Below, in pieces: positions 44,669 to 53,904 of a stretch of DNA of 64,000 nt. Positions within the stretch are counted from its first letter, which is position 1. Each line of letters opens with the position of its first letter. A program made the translations under genes and the position numbers. A model generated the notes under the pieces. That model did no database searches. It was not told the origin of the DNA and saw nothing but the letters and a program-made list of their open reading frames with translations. The stretch lies in the IMG/VR virus record IMGVR_UViG_3300014050_000004, positions 1 to 64,000 of that record; one strand, 5' to 3'. This stretch comes from a virus.

Positions 44669-47600
44669 TCAGTTACTCAGGAGTCCCGCTTCATTTGCCA
44701 GGGATAGAACTATCCCAGGACCCCAACTCAAGAAGTTGGGCCCGTATATGCTCGGATTGCCACAGGAGATAAACTCGGAGTTGCCAATTACCCGCAAGTT
44801 TACAGTGGTTCCAGCAAGCGGGGGATCTCCGGAACCAATGAAGGTGATGACCGAATTCGATATCTGATAAGAGACACCAGGGATTTGTATCACGCCTCCA
44901 AGGCTTAAAATGAGATTGTCTTCTGTGACAGAGGAAGGATTGACAGGTTGTCCGTTGTATGTGAGCGGGAAGGAGACACTTGCACCATCAAACACAAGAG
45001 TGTCAAGAGAGTAGACCTTGACCGGGTAGATGGATCTCAGAGACCAGTAAGAACCGGAAGCAAAGACTCGTATGTCAGAGCTTGTATTTGCTGGGGGAGC
45101 CCCTGTAAAGTTAAAGATTATTGTCTCTGGAGACGGTCTTTCAATTGAATAGGAGAATGGAGACAGGGGACTGGTCGTTGACAAGGGAACTTGCATAACC
45201 CCTCCGAGGAACACGAATGTGTTGGAGGGTGTTATTTCGGTTGCAAGCAATCCTGTTATGTCTGATGGGGCAATAGCAGACAAATCCACCGTAAAGGAGG
45301 ATCGGGAACCGTCAAATGGTTCAATGAATTTGAGAGTGAAGACTTTCAAAGTTTTCGAAGAATCAGCACTCGTGATAACCCTTACATTTGCAACCAGATC
45401 TTCCAGTGGAGAAGCAGAGAATTGTATTGAGTTGTTGACGATTACGTAATCTTCCAAAGGTACCTGAGCTACGCCCCCCACTGTGACAATCACTGATTCG
45501 GAAGACAACTGATCTTGAGGGATCGGTAGGCCAGACCTGCGAAGTTCGAATGACAAAGATGTTCCATTGAACTGGGTCGAAATATCGTCTGCGGAGAACA
45601 CGGATACCTGGGAAGGGAATTCCACGTATTCTTGCTCTTCATACAACTGCTGATTGCCCTGATTAACAGTTGGAGAGGTTGGCTCAAAGTAAGTTGCAGT
45701 GAGAGCTTGTCTCTGAGGGCCGAATTGCACAATTTCTCCCTTGTCGTTGATTCCGGTAACAGTTAACTTGCCGCTCCACAAAGTGTACGCTTGGAAGTCA
45801 GCAGCCAACTTTCGAGTGATGTCGGTGGACTGGAATCTTGGTAAGCCTCTGGAGTAGTTGTAGTAACCCGAGAAGGTCCAAGTGTGGGTGTTTGCAATGA
45901 TTGAGGAAGGTTGGTTGAATTCCAACGGCCATTTACCAGTCGAAATTGCATATCCATTGACGGGTAGTATAGAATTCAAGCTTTCTATGGACAACAACCT
46001 TTCTCCCCAATACTTTGGCTTGAGGTAAGGCAGCATAACATCATTGGCATATCCCATGATCTCAAAGAACCTGAGAACGGATCTCTTGGTGTTTGTCCAA
46101 GCTGGGTCGTAAAGATTTGCCTCTGGTAGAGAGTTTGTGGAACACACAATCACTTGGGTTTGCATGGGCCATGTGTAGCTCGTCCCGTTTTCCGGGATTG
46201 AGGAGGTGTAGGAGCTATTGTCAGGGGTTAAGCGGATGCCTCTAACTATTGAACCGTTTAACCCAATTACACGTATGTACTCATAAGACGCTCCAGACCT
46301 CAAAGCCAGGACGGATACTTTTTGTCTTGGGTTTGGAATACTTGTTGGAGACAATACTGAGAACTCAATGACTGCAGGCCTGTACCTTCTTGGCCCGCCT
46401 GTTTCAGTGGATAGTAAAGCCAGTTGCTCAGATTGAATTAGAGTGGTTGGGGTTACAGTGTATGTGGTCGGCCCATCTTCTGTAGAGGACAGACATATCC
46501 CGAGACTCGCCGAACTGTCATCTCCATCAAAGCAATCCTGAGTCGAGTAGGCAGGGTAGGGAGATGTGGCTCCTCTGAAATATACTTCTGAGGGGTACAG
46601 GGAAGCGTAAGGGTCTGGGCCATAAGTCCCCTGGAAAGCTCCAGAGACTATGTCTTGTCTTTCGGTGACACTTGAGTCAACGAAAGGGGAGTAGGGCTGA
46701 TACGGTGCAAGAGAATAAGGACCAAATTCTCCGTTGAAGGTAGGAGTTTCTCCGTAGTATACGGAGCTCCACATATTGTTCTCCGCAACGTACCAGTTTC
46801 TTTCTTTGTGGGTGACGTATGTTCCAACCGGGTTTTTGAAGTTTGTCCCTTGGACCCAAGGCCTGCTGTAATCGGAGACTGTGACTGCCACGTAGTAACT
46901 CAGATCCTGGTTGGTATCTGCGAGAACGTAATTGAATTGGGGAGAAGAGGCTAAGCTTCCGGTCCCTACCGCGTCCACGGTGAAGACCCTTCCCCACCCT
47001 CCTGAAATACCAGGGTCAAACTGAACATTTGGTCTGATTAGATTGGATCCCAGTTGCTGACTCGTCTGGTTCAATCTCAAAACAAAGCCAACTTGAGGGG
47101 CAATGGAGTTGGGATTCGTGTTGCTCAGGTACAAAGTGTAGGCCCTGTCAAACTCTGGCCTCGGGTCTTTGAACCTTCTGATGTAAGGCACACCGAGCAA
47201 TGGCAAAAGTGTCGGGTCATTTGGAATTGTGCTATCCGAAGCCCTGAGCCTGAGGCTTGCGAACCTGAGAGGGTCATCTAAACCTGTGACTACCGTGGGG
47301 CCTCCGTCCGTTGCGAAGAATCCTCTGTAAGTGCATTGTTCTGTTTCAACCCATAGAGCACTCCCGGGAGCGAGGGAATAAGGCAACAAGAACCCAGGAG
47401 AGAAGTCGGCACTCAGCTCAATGATTTGGACTTCAGGGTCTTCCGGGTCAAGGTATATGTTGAGGATCTTGGATCCGAGAGACAACACCTTTTTATTTTC
47501 TGGGTTCTCAGCCTGAGATTTGGTCAAAGCAAGAGGTCTCTGTACCCCTTCAAGAACGAAACCTTTGCAATTTTCATTGGCCCCTCCAGTGCTGTTTATG

Positions 47601-49477
47601 CCTTGGAATCCCTCTGATTTGAAGGACATGGAACCGAAGTTAGAAGTGCTGTTTGTCAGGTTACACAACCCCCCGTTCAAAGCCCACACCCCGATAGCGG
47701 TACCGATTGTATACACGGATTGCAATTGAGCATAGGCTCCATTTCTCACTCTGAACCCGAAGTGTCTGAAGTCCTCGTCGATGTCTACGATACCTATGTT
47801 CCTCTCTTCACCAGTTACAGTTTCGGACAGGTTTTTGTAGTAGTACCGTATGTTGTTAATTGGGGTGGAGTTGAGAAGAGACAACTGGCTCTCTGTCGAC
47901 ACATCAAACAAGCTCTCTGGTCTGTCTGTAGCTGGCAAAGAGAGGTATTGCGCTTGTGTAAGATTCCACCACTTCTGCTCAGACACGCCGTTCTCATTCA
48001 CTAAAGTAGTATATATCTCGTACACAGAAGGGTCATTTTGCAGTGAAACTGCTGTGCACCCGTAAGCTGTTATAGACTTGAACCCTTCAACAACGTCCCC
48101 GTCAAAGTCTCCCCACACCATTCCATAGTCGGACCTTAGGGTGATGTCTTTCGCGTAAAAGGAAGAGTTCTTTGTTGTATTGGCATCTAAATTGCTTGGA
48201 TATGGACTTGAGGTAGCACCAACGATCTCGTAGTCCCCTCTGCCAACCAAAGAAATACCATCAACGACTCTGCCACCGAAAAACTTAGAAAAAGCCCTCT
48301 GTACTTTGGTGTAAAAGATTCCAATTTCTTCCTTGCTTGCGTTGGTTACGGCTCTCAATCTGTGAGCAGATTTCAAGTCAAGCTTGAAGGTCATCTTCGA
48401 GTTGATGCTGTCTGGTAAAGTTGGCATCTCGGAGAAAGAAACGTATTCTCCGCTGGTTTCTGTTCCCTGCAAGCTTGAAGACAAGTATGTCTTGAATGGG
48501 GAAATTGGTATCGCGTAATAATACCCTGAGACAAAAGTTCCGGTGGATTGGTCTACTTCCGCATTAAGATCCACCCTCACAAGGTCGTTGAACTTGAGGC
48601 TGTGTGGCCTTCTGGTTTCAAACACAGACAAAGAGTTTGAGTCGGAAACACTCACAACCTCAGAAAAAGCCCTCTTGTCCGAAAATGTAAAGGTGTTAAT
48701 ATAGCTGTTACCAGACCCTTTCAGAATCGAGGAGATCCCTTCATTGCTGGATGTGTTGAGGGGGCTGTCTACCGGGTGTCTGTAAGAAGGTACATAGCTC
48801 GGAGACAAGATGCACTTTTTCAGGTCCATTCCGGCTATTGTGATTCCCGTTGGAAGAATCAGCCCTCCGCTCTCAGAGTTGAACTTTACGAGATCTGTGA
48901 TTGTAACTTCCTGGTCTCCTGAGGAAAAGTCAACTGTGAAGTTGTCTATAGATTCTCCCCTCTCATTGTTCACTGCAATCAAAGAGGGAGCCAAGAATAT
49001 CGTATATCTGTTGTTCTCTACGGTTTTGTCAAAACCAGCAAGCACGTTATTGATGTACTTCTTTGACACTTCTAGAATTGCCCTGTTGAGTGTCTGGAAA
49101 GGCAGGGTCTGTCCGTTGTTGTCTAACCTATCTGTTGAATAGCTGAACTCAGGAGCAACAAAAACGCAATTTTCCGTACCCCCAAGGAAAGGGGAAGCTA
49201 CAGCTCGCCAAACTTTCTTCGCTTCCTCAATCGAACCGACATTCAGATTGCCCTTTGACAAGTCATACCAAGTCTCTCCACGAGAGGGGGATTCTAACGG
49301 TTTGGCGTAAGATATAGAAGTGGGTCCAACCTTGACCACCTCACCATTTGAGGTTTCAAAGAAAAGTCCGGGATCCTCATAATTAGTATTGAGAGCTAGT
49401 TCCCCGGGATCGATGTTTTCGTTTGTCGGTCTTTTGCCAAGGATACTAGACTTTTTGAGGATTATTTTGTCTGCCAT
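44669..49477 (-). CDS. Giant tail fibre/baseplate structural protein, 1602 aa, with three C-terminal FDG...GGV.Q.P repeats
   Basis: Collinear similarity to 40543..44634; cyanophage-type repeat units at the C-terminus. Confidence 0.75.
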   Translation of the reverse strand: MADKIILKKSSILGKRPTNENIDPGELALNTNYEDPGLFFETSNGEVVKVGPTSISYAKPLESPSRGETWYDLSKGNLNVGSIEEAKKVWRAVASPFLGGTENCVFVAPEFSYSTDRLDNNGQTLPFQTLNRAILEVSKKYINNVLAGFDKTVENNRYTIFLAPSLIAVNNERGESIDNFTVDFSSGDQEVTITDLVKFNSESGGLILPTGITIAGMDLKKCILSPSYVPSYRHPVDSPLNTSSNEGISSILKGSGNSYINTFTFSDKRAFSEVVSVSDSNSLSVFETRRPHSLKFNDLVRVDLNAEVDQSTGTFVSGYYYAIPISPFKTYLSSSLQGTETSGEYVSFSEMPTLPDSINSKMTFKLDLKSAHRLRAVTNASKEEIGIFYTKVQRAFSKFFGGRVVDGISLVGRGDYEIVGATSSPYPSNLDANTTKNSSFYAKDITLRSDYGMVWGDFDGDVVEGFKSITAYGCTAVSLQNDPSVYEIYTTLVNENGVSEQKWWNLTQAQYLSLPATDRPESLFDVSTESQLSLLNSTPINNIRYYYKNLSETVTGEERNIGIVDIDEDFRHFGFRVRNGAYAQLQSVYTIGTAIGVWALNGGLCNLTNSTSNFGSMSFKSEGFQGINSTGGANENCKGFVLEGVQRPLALTKSQAENPENKKVLSLGSKILNIYLDPEDPEVQIIELSADFSPGFLLPYSLAPGSALWVETEQCTYRGFFATDGGPTVVTGLDDPLRFASLRLRASDSTIPNDPTLLPLLGVPYIRRFKDPRPEFDRAYTLYLSNTNPNSIAPQVGFVLRLNQTSQQLGSNLIRPNVQFDPGISGGWGRVFTVDAVGTGSLASSPQFNYVLADTNQDLSYYVAVTVSDYSRPWVQGTNFKNPVGTYVTHKERNWYVAENNMWSSVYYGETPTFNGEFGPYSLAPYQPYSPFVDSSVTERQDIVSGAFQGTYGPDPYASLYPSEVYFRGATSPYPAYSTQDCFDGDDSSASLGICLSSTEDGPTTYTVTPTTLIQSEQLALLSTETGGPRRYRPAVIEFSVLSPTSIPNPRQKVSVLALRSGASYEYIRVIGLNGSIVRGIRLTPDNSSYTSSIPENGTSYTWPMQTQVIVCSTNSLPEANLYDPAWTNTKRSVLRFFEIMGYANDVMLPYLKPKYWGERLLSIESLNSILPVNGYAISTGKWPLEFNQPSSIIANTHTWTFSGYYNYSRGLPRFQSTDITRKLAADFQAYTLWSGKLTVTGINDKGEIVQFGPQRQALTATYFEPTSPTVNQGNQQLYEEQEYVEFPSQVSVFSADDISTQFNGTSLSFELRRSGLPIPQDQLSSESVIVTVGGVAQVPLEDYVIVNNSIQFSASPLEDLVANVRVITSADSSKTLKVFTLKFIEPFDGSRSSFTVDLSAIAPSDITGLLATEITPSNTFVFLGGVMQVPLSTTSPLSPFSYSIERPSPETIIFNFTGAPPANTSSDIRVFASGSYWSLRSIYPVKVYSLDTLVFDGASVSFPLTYNGQPVNPSSVTEDNLILSLGGVIQIPGVSYQISNSVITFIGSGDPPLAGTTVNLRVIGNSEFISCGNPSIYGPNFLSWGPGIVLSLANEAGLLSN

Positions 49478-49524
49478 TTTTTGTCTGCTAAAGAGCTTTA
49501 CATGAGCACAAGGGTGCCCATATT

Positions 49525-49532
49525 ACTTACCC
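49525..49532 (-). promoter_or_regulatory. GGGTAA motif (putative late promoter)
   Basis: GGGTAAGT, 48 nt upstream of ATG 49477. Confidence 0.6.
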
Positions 49533-49535
49533 TTT

Positions 49536-49700
49536 TCAGAGATACCTGCTGGCTTCCAAGGTTTCTTCGCTCACTTTGCCTTCCCTTGCTAATTTGTCTG
49601 CTGTATTGAAGGCTAGTGAAGCTTGCTCTTGTTTGTCCGGATCCCTACGAAGTCTCTTGTAGAGATCAATTAGCTCAATGTACTGTTTGTCAGATTCCAT
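49536..49700 (-). CDS. 54-aa protein missing from the ORF track, paralog of 51918..52109
   Basis: MESDKQYIELIDLYKRLRRDPDKQEQASLAFNTADKLAREGKVSEETLEASRYL; overlaps the kinase stop. Confidence 0.8.
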   Translation of the reverse strand: MESDKQYIELIDLYKRLRRDPDKQEQASLAFNTADKLAREGKVSEETLEASRYL

Positions 49701-51051
49701 CGTATAGTGTGTTTATGATTTCCATTGCTTTTTGGTTGGTTAGTTTACCCCAAGCTCCCTTATTATAGAAGCTTTCGGCATTCCGTATACCAGAAGACAT
49801 CACATCTGCTATCTCATTGTCAGACATGCCCATCTCCTTCATGGTCTTTTTGACCCTGTTCAGGTTTGAGTACATCTTTCTTAGATTCGCAGGTTGATCC
49901 TGATCTGGGTAAGAGAGTCCACTCAACGGGAGATTAGCTGCTTGCACGTCTTTGTTCAAGCCGCCAGTAACAACAGAGCCTCTGGGAAGCACCGATGTTT
50001 TGACAATTGCTGACAGAGCCTCTGACAAGGCAGCTCTAGGGTTGTCCTGAGCCAACCCGAAATCCACAAGCTTGCTGGTTCCTTTCAATGGGTCAACTAT
50101 GACATTTCTGCCATGCAAATCGTTGTGAGCTATGCCCATCCTGTGAAGACGCGCTCGAGTTTCCCAGTATATGTCACCTGTTGTCTTTCCGGTGCGTTCT
50201 TTGAGGCCATTTGGAAGTAAGGGAGAGGAAATTTCGAAACCTTTGACCTTCTCCATTGCCACTCTGCCATAGAATGTGTCAATAGAGGCGAAAGTTTCAA
50301 TCCTTCTTTTTGAATCAAGCTCCCCGCAGATGAGACGTGGCCCTATTCCGTTTTCTCCTGCTTTCTTCAAAATGTCTATCTCTTTCTTGCCAAGTTCTCC
50401 TCTCTTGACCACTACATCCCCGTCAAATAGGACACTTCCGAAACCGCCGCTCTTGCCGTTCTTCCCCCTACGCGAATTATTCTCCCAGTCGTAGTCGTCC
50501 TGAACCCCTTTGACAAACTTATCAGGGAAGAAGCTCTCGTCGAAATTCCTAGCTTTTCTCTTTGTCTCTCTCGTTAGAACTCCATCAGGTTTTTGAGTCT
50601 TTTTGAGACCCAAAGCCTCATCAAGAGAGTCCAACTCCCTCTGCAAAACCTTCTCCCTTTCCTGAGCTTTGGCTGTCCCCAACTTGGCATTTTTAGCTTT
50701 TTCTTTTCGAACCTCTTCCTTCCTTTGTTTGGCCCTTTCTATGAGACCTTCCACGTCGTTGCCTATTTCTTTCCGCTCAGAGTCCCCGAGGCGCAATGCC
50801 TTTGCTAGCCCCTGAACCTGAAGCTTCCTGGAGGGAGTGTTGATTGGGTCCTCTCCCTTGAGCATTCTTGACACATCATCTAAGACATCATCATTGGTGC
50901 TCTTCGCTGTCGGAAGAGACACATTGAAAAGACCATTGATGACACTCCTCAAAGACCGAGAGACAGGTCTTGGCAAAGAGGACCTACACGTTGAATTTCT
51001 TGCTATGCATGTTGAACCGCACACCTTACCTTTTATGCACCTTCTCTTCAT
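49690..51051 (-). CDS. Four-Cys-leader protein kinase-like protein
   Basis: RCIKGKVCGSTCIARNSTC; GGFGSV, VVKRG, HNDLHGRN, LVDFGLA. Confidence 0.9.
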   Translation of the reverse strand: MKRRCIKGKVCGSTCIARNSTCRSSLPRPVSRSLRSVINGLFNVSLPTAKSTNDDVLDDVSRMLKGEDPINTPSRKLQVQGLAKALRLGDSERKEIGNDVEGLIERAKQRKEEVRKEKAKNAKLGTAKAQEREKVLQRELDSLDEALGLKKTQKPDGVLTRETKRKARNFDESFFPDKFVKGVQDDYDWENNSRRGKNGKSGGFGSVLFDGDVVVKRGELGKKEIDILKKAGENGIGPRLICGELDSKRRIETFASIDTFYGRVAMEKVKGFEISSPLLPNGLKERTGKTTGDIYWETRARLHRMGIAHNDLHGRNVIVDPLKGTSKLVDFGLAQDNPRAALSEALSAIVKTSVLPRGSVVTGGLNKDVQAANLPLSGLSYPDQDQPANLRKMYSNLNRVKKTMKEMGMSDNEIADVMSSGIRNAESFYNKGAWGKLTNQKAMEIINTLYDGI

Positions 51052-51060
51052 TCCAGCTCC

Positions 51061-51486
51061 TCAGAAAGTGTCCGATTCGAGCATCTCCGCATATTCAAAT
51101 GCAAGGGATTCCAAAGCAGCTATCCTGTCAGTCAAAGAACTCAGTTTTTCTGAGTAGGATACTTCTTGCCCAGCTGCTAATCTGTGTTCATCATCTTTCT
51201 TCCTTGCGAGATCCTGAACTACCATCTTCGCGTCAATGTCCTCCCTCTCTTTAACCAAATTCTTGATTTCTCTCATTTGATTTTGCAAAGCCTGGAAAGC
51301 TCCCCTCTGCCTCGACAGCTTCATCTTCTCCTGCAGAGCCTCAATCTGTTCGGAAAGCTCTCTGTGTTTTTGTCCCAACACTTCGTATTCGTTGAAGCTT
51401 GCTTTTAGAGTGGATACATGCTCTGGTTCCAAAATGGTGCCTTTTGCATAATCCGTAGGCTTGTAAACCGGTTTCCTTGAACTCAT
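51061..51486 (-). CDS. Coiled-coil protein, 141 aa
   Basis: Heptad-rich; contains SYSE and EYAE motifs. Confidence 0.8.
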   Translation of the reverse strand: MSSRKPVYKPTDYAKGTILEPEHVSTLKASFNEYEVLGQKHRELSEQIEALQEKMKLSRQRGAFQALQNQMREIKNLVKEREDIDAKMVVQDLARKKDDEHRLAAGQEVSYSEKLSSLTDRIAALESLAFEYAEMLESDTF

Positions 51487-51500
51487 TGTTAGAAAAGGAT

Positions 51501-51887
51501 TTAATTCATTTTACCCTTTTTCGGAGCTGCCTTGCCAGTGCCAGCCACAGATCCCCAAGATACCAGGATGGGTTTCCCTCCTTTGATGGCCCAACCAAAC
51601 TTTTTTCCCGCTACCGACACAGGTTTGTTGTTCTGGACGGAGGAACCTTGCCCAGATGCTGTTTGTTTCAGCTTTCTCTCTTCATCCGTTTCTTCCCCAA
51701 CTTGTTGGTTCCCGGAACTGTCGACTCTTCTGCACAAGCCCCAAATCATCTTAGTGCCAGGGGGACAAGGGGAACCTGCCGGAGGTTGTTGTACGGGCTG
51801 GGATGTAGCGAAATCCCATTCAAGAACGGTATAGTCTCTACCCTCTACCAATCCATCCACACAAGGTATGTCGAATTGTCCAATCAT
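51501..51887 (-). CDS. Small protein with GxF-like leader and CPPG...CRR motif
   Basis: MIGQFDIPCVDGL...WDFA...SPCPPGTKMIWGLCRR. Confidence 0.75.
   Translation of the reverse strand: MIGQFDIPCVDGLVEGRDYTVLEWDFATSQPVQQPPAGSPCPPGTKMIWGLCRRVDSSGNQQVGEETDEERKLKQTASGQGSSVQNNKPVSVAGKKFGWAIKGGKPILVSWGSVAGTGKAAPKKGKMN
51508..51516 (-). promoter_or_regulatory. GGGTAA motif (putative late promoter)
   Basis: GGGTAAAAT, 22 nt upstream of ATG 51486. Confidence 0.7.
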
Positions 51888-51908
51888 GTTTGTCTCTGCG
51901 TATATACG

Positions 51909-51917
51909 ATCTTACCC
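51909..51917 (-). promoter_or_regulatory. GGGTAA motif (putative late promoter)
   Basis: GGGTAAGAT, 22 nt upstream of ATG 51887. Confidence 0.72.
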
Positions 51918-52109
51918 TTACAAGTAATCAGAGCCCAATACAATTTCCCTTCTGACATTACCACTTTTCTTGATCTTCATGGCAGCCTTTAGAAATTCGT
52001 TGGCTTCTGGCCCCATGCCTACTCTCCTGGCTTGTTTGTACTTTGCCATCAAAAACATGTACTCTTTTTCTTCGTCGTTCATATCAGAAACCTCTTGAAA
52101 TTTCACCAC
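51918..52109 (-). CDS. Small helical protein, paralog of 49536..49700
   Basis: EYMFLMAKYKQARR...GNVRREIVLGSDYL. Confidence 0.78.
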   Translation of the reverse strand: MVKFQEVSDMNDEEKEYMFLMAKYKQARRVGMGPEANEFLKAAMKIKKSGNVRREIVLGSDYL

Positions 52110-52975
52110 TTGACCTTGTCAGCCCAGTACGCACTTGAGGATGGTCCTTTCTCTATGTTCTTAGCGTGGCGGGCTTGAAAAGACTCTCTCCTGGCCTTGT
52201 ACGCTTCGCTCTCTCCTTCCTTTTTCGGAGAACCCTTGACTCCTTGTTGACCGAACCTTTTTATCTCTTGAGTGCCGCCAGAAGAAACTTCTTCCTTCCC
52301 TCTGTAACAAGCCTTAACTATGTGAGATTTGGTCGGATGGTCAGGAGTTGCCTTAGGTTTGTTGCACTCAAGTTCGTCTTTGTTCACCCTTTCGTAAAAC
52401 TCAGATATAACCTCTTCGGCTCTCTTAATTCTCTCCTTAAGCAACTCTGATTGCTCCTTGTGGAACTTGAATTTTTTGAGTATGAGATTGATCTCGGCTG
52501 CCGGCCCTGATCTACCCCCAAGCTTCTCATACTTCCTTTTGGCTTCTTTCATGGCTTCGTTATGCTCATCAAGCTCTCCTTTCATATTCTTGAGCTTTCT
52601 TGGGCTGATTTTGCCAAGTTGAGTTTGTGGTTTTGTAGGTTGACTCTCTCCTAGCCATTCCCTGGCCTGCTGTTTCGCTTTTTGGAGTGTTAAACCCTCC
52701 TTCTTTTGTTTGCCAACCGTCACAGTATATCGGGCCTGCTTACCGGGTTCTCTTATACCTCCCCCTCCAGTAAATGCATCCTCTGCCATTATAGAGCCAA
52801 CATTGCGACCTTGGTCGTCTTTCACAGAAAACAGCCCAGTCTCCCTCCTTTGAATACTGACGGCGGACCCTTTGCGACAGGTGCCAGCGGTCCCATAGGT
52901 TGTTCCATCCGGGCGCTGGCATCTGGTAAACTCATGCACAGAAGCAAGAATGGAGGGGTTAATGCTTCCAAACAT
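52103..52975 (-). CDS. FTRC-motif protein with a C-terminal basic phage domain
   Basis: HEFTRCQRPDGTTYGTAGTCRKG; NKPKATPDHPTKSHIVKAC...RFGQQG...SFQARH...AYWADKVKW. Confidence 0.87.
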   Translation of the reverse strand: MFGSINPSILASVHEFTRCQRPDGTTYGTAGTCRKGSAVSIQRRETGLFSVKDDQGRNVGSIMAEDAFTGGGGIREPGKQARYTVTVGKQKKEGLTLQKAKQQAREWLGESQPTKPQTQLGKISPRKLKNMKGELDEHNEAMKEAKRKYEKLGGRSGPAAEINLILKKFKFHKEQSELLKERIKRAEEVISEFYERVNKDELECNKPKATPDHPTKSHIVKACYRGKEEVSSGGTQEIKRFGQQGVKGSPKKEGESEAYKARRESFQARHAKNIEKGPSSSAYWADKVKW

Positions 52976-52978
52976 GGT

Positions 52979-53380
52979 TCAATCTCTGAAACTCAGGTAA
53001 TCTGACACTGAGGAAAGGTTTTGCTTACTCATTGTAATCTTGGCTGCAACCCAGGGCTCCAAATTGTCTTCTGGGGTGATTTGGCTTAGAATTTGCATGA
53101 TGTCTGAAGCCATTGCCCTCAACTCGGACATTGCCATTCGAGCATTCGGCTCAACCTCAACCTCATCCTCTTCATCTTCCCAATCCGAACCCCAGGCCTC
53201 ATCCTCATCGTCATACCCACCCTCTTCTTCTTCAAGGTCATCCCCGAAGAACATGTTAGGGTTGGAGTATGCCGCCCGTGAAGCTAAGGCAGGGGCTACT
53301 ACCATGTAGTCTACGGGGTTTTCTAGACCCTCTGAAAAGGACCTTAAAGAGTCCTCTGAAAAACTTCCCCACTGATTCAT
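52979..53380 (-). CDS. Acidic GxF-leader protein (likely start MNQWG)
   Basis: GSFSEDSLRSFSE; long E/D tract; PWVAAKIT C-terminal helix. Confidence 0.75.
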   Translation of the reverse strand: MNQWGSFSEDSLRSFSEGLENPVDYMVVAPALASRAAYSNPNMFFGDDLEEEEGGYDDEDEAWGSDWEDEEDEVEVEPNARMAMSELRAMASDIMQILSQITPEDNLEPWVAAKITMSKQNLSSVSDYLSFRD

Positions 53381-53904
53381 TTCTTTTTCCGTTTGAGATT
53401 TTTCCAAAGGTCTGCGTCAGCTTCTCTAGCTTTGCCAACCCCTGTTATGAAAGAGTTTACCCTTGCTAAGGCCCACTGTTGAGGAGCTACTCCGGGCCTG
53501 TGACCGGATCTCCAAGCAGCCATACCTCTGTTGTACACCTTTTTCAGTATGCTCAAGGGAATGCCAGATTTCTTAGACTTGTTCTCCAGAGCTTTGATCG
53601 AAGGCTTTTTCTTCTTCATCTCTGCAAACTTATCTTCAAAAGCTGCAGTGGCTTTGGACTTGGGAATGCTTTCATTCCTCTTTCTGAACCTTTTGTCTGA
53701 TTCCCAATCTTTGTACAATTCTTTGGAGCTGACTTTGCCTTCAGAGGCTTTTTTCATGGTTCTTTGAACCTCTCTCTGAGCTATATTTTGCTCCTCCAAA
53801 GTTAACCCTTTCTTATAGCTATCCGGCAAGTTCCTCTCTATGTACTCCGTATTGAATCCTAGAGAGGCTACCCTGGCCCAATCATAGGGGTTTGAGCGCG
53901 TCAT
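53377..53904 (-). CDS. Basic protein with DUF5824-like C-terminal domain
   Basis: KSGIPLSILKKVYNRGMAAWRSGHRPGVAPQQWALARVNSF. Confidence 0.8.
   Translation of the reverse strand: MTRSNPYDWARVASLGFNTEYIERNLPDSYKKGLTLEEQNIAQREVQRTMKKASEGKVSSKELYKDWESDKRFRKRNESIPKSKATAAFEDKFAEMKKKKPSIKALENKSKKSGIPLSILKKVYNRGMAAWRSGHRPGVAPQQWALARVNSFITGVGKAREADADLWKNLKRKKK

Noticed and set aside
53454-53462. GGGTAAACT inside the DUF5824-like gene
   Set aside because: It encodes conserved ARVNS residues and is 74 nt from the next start, so it is likely coincidental.
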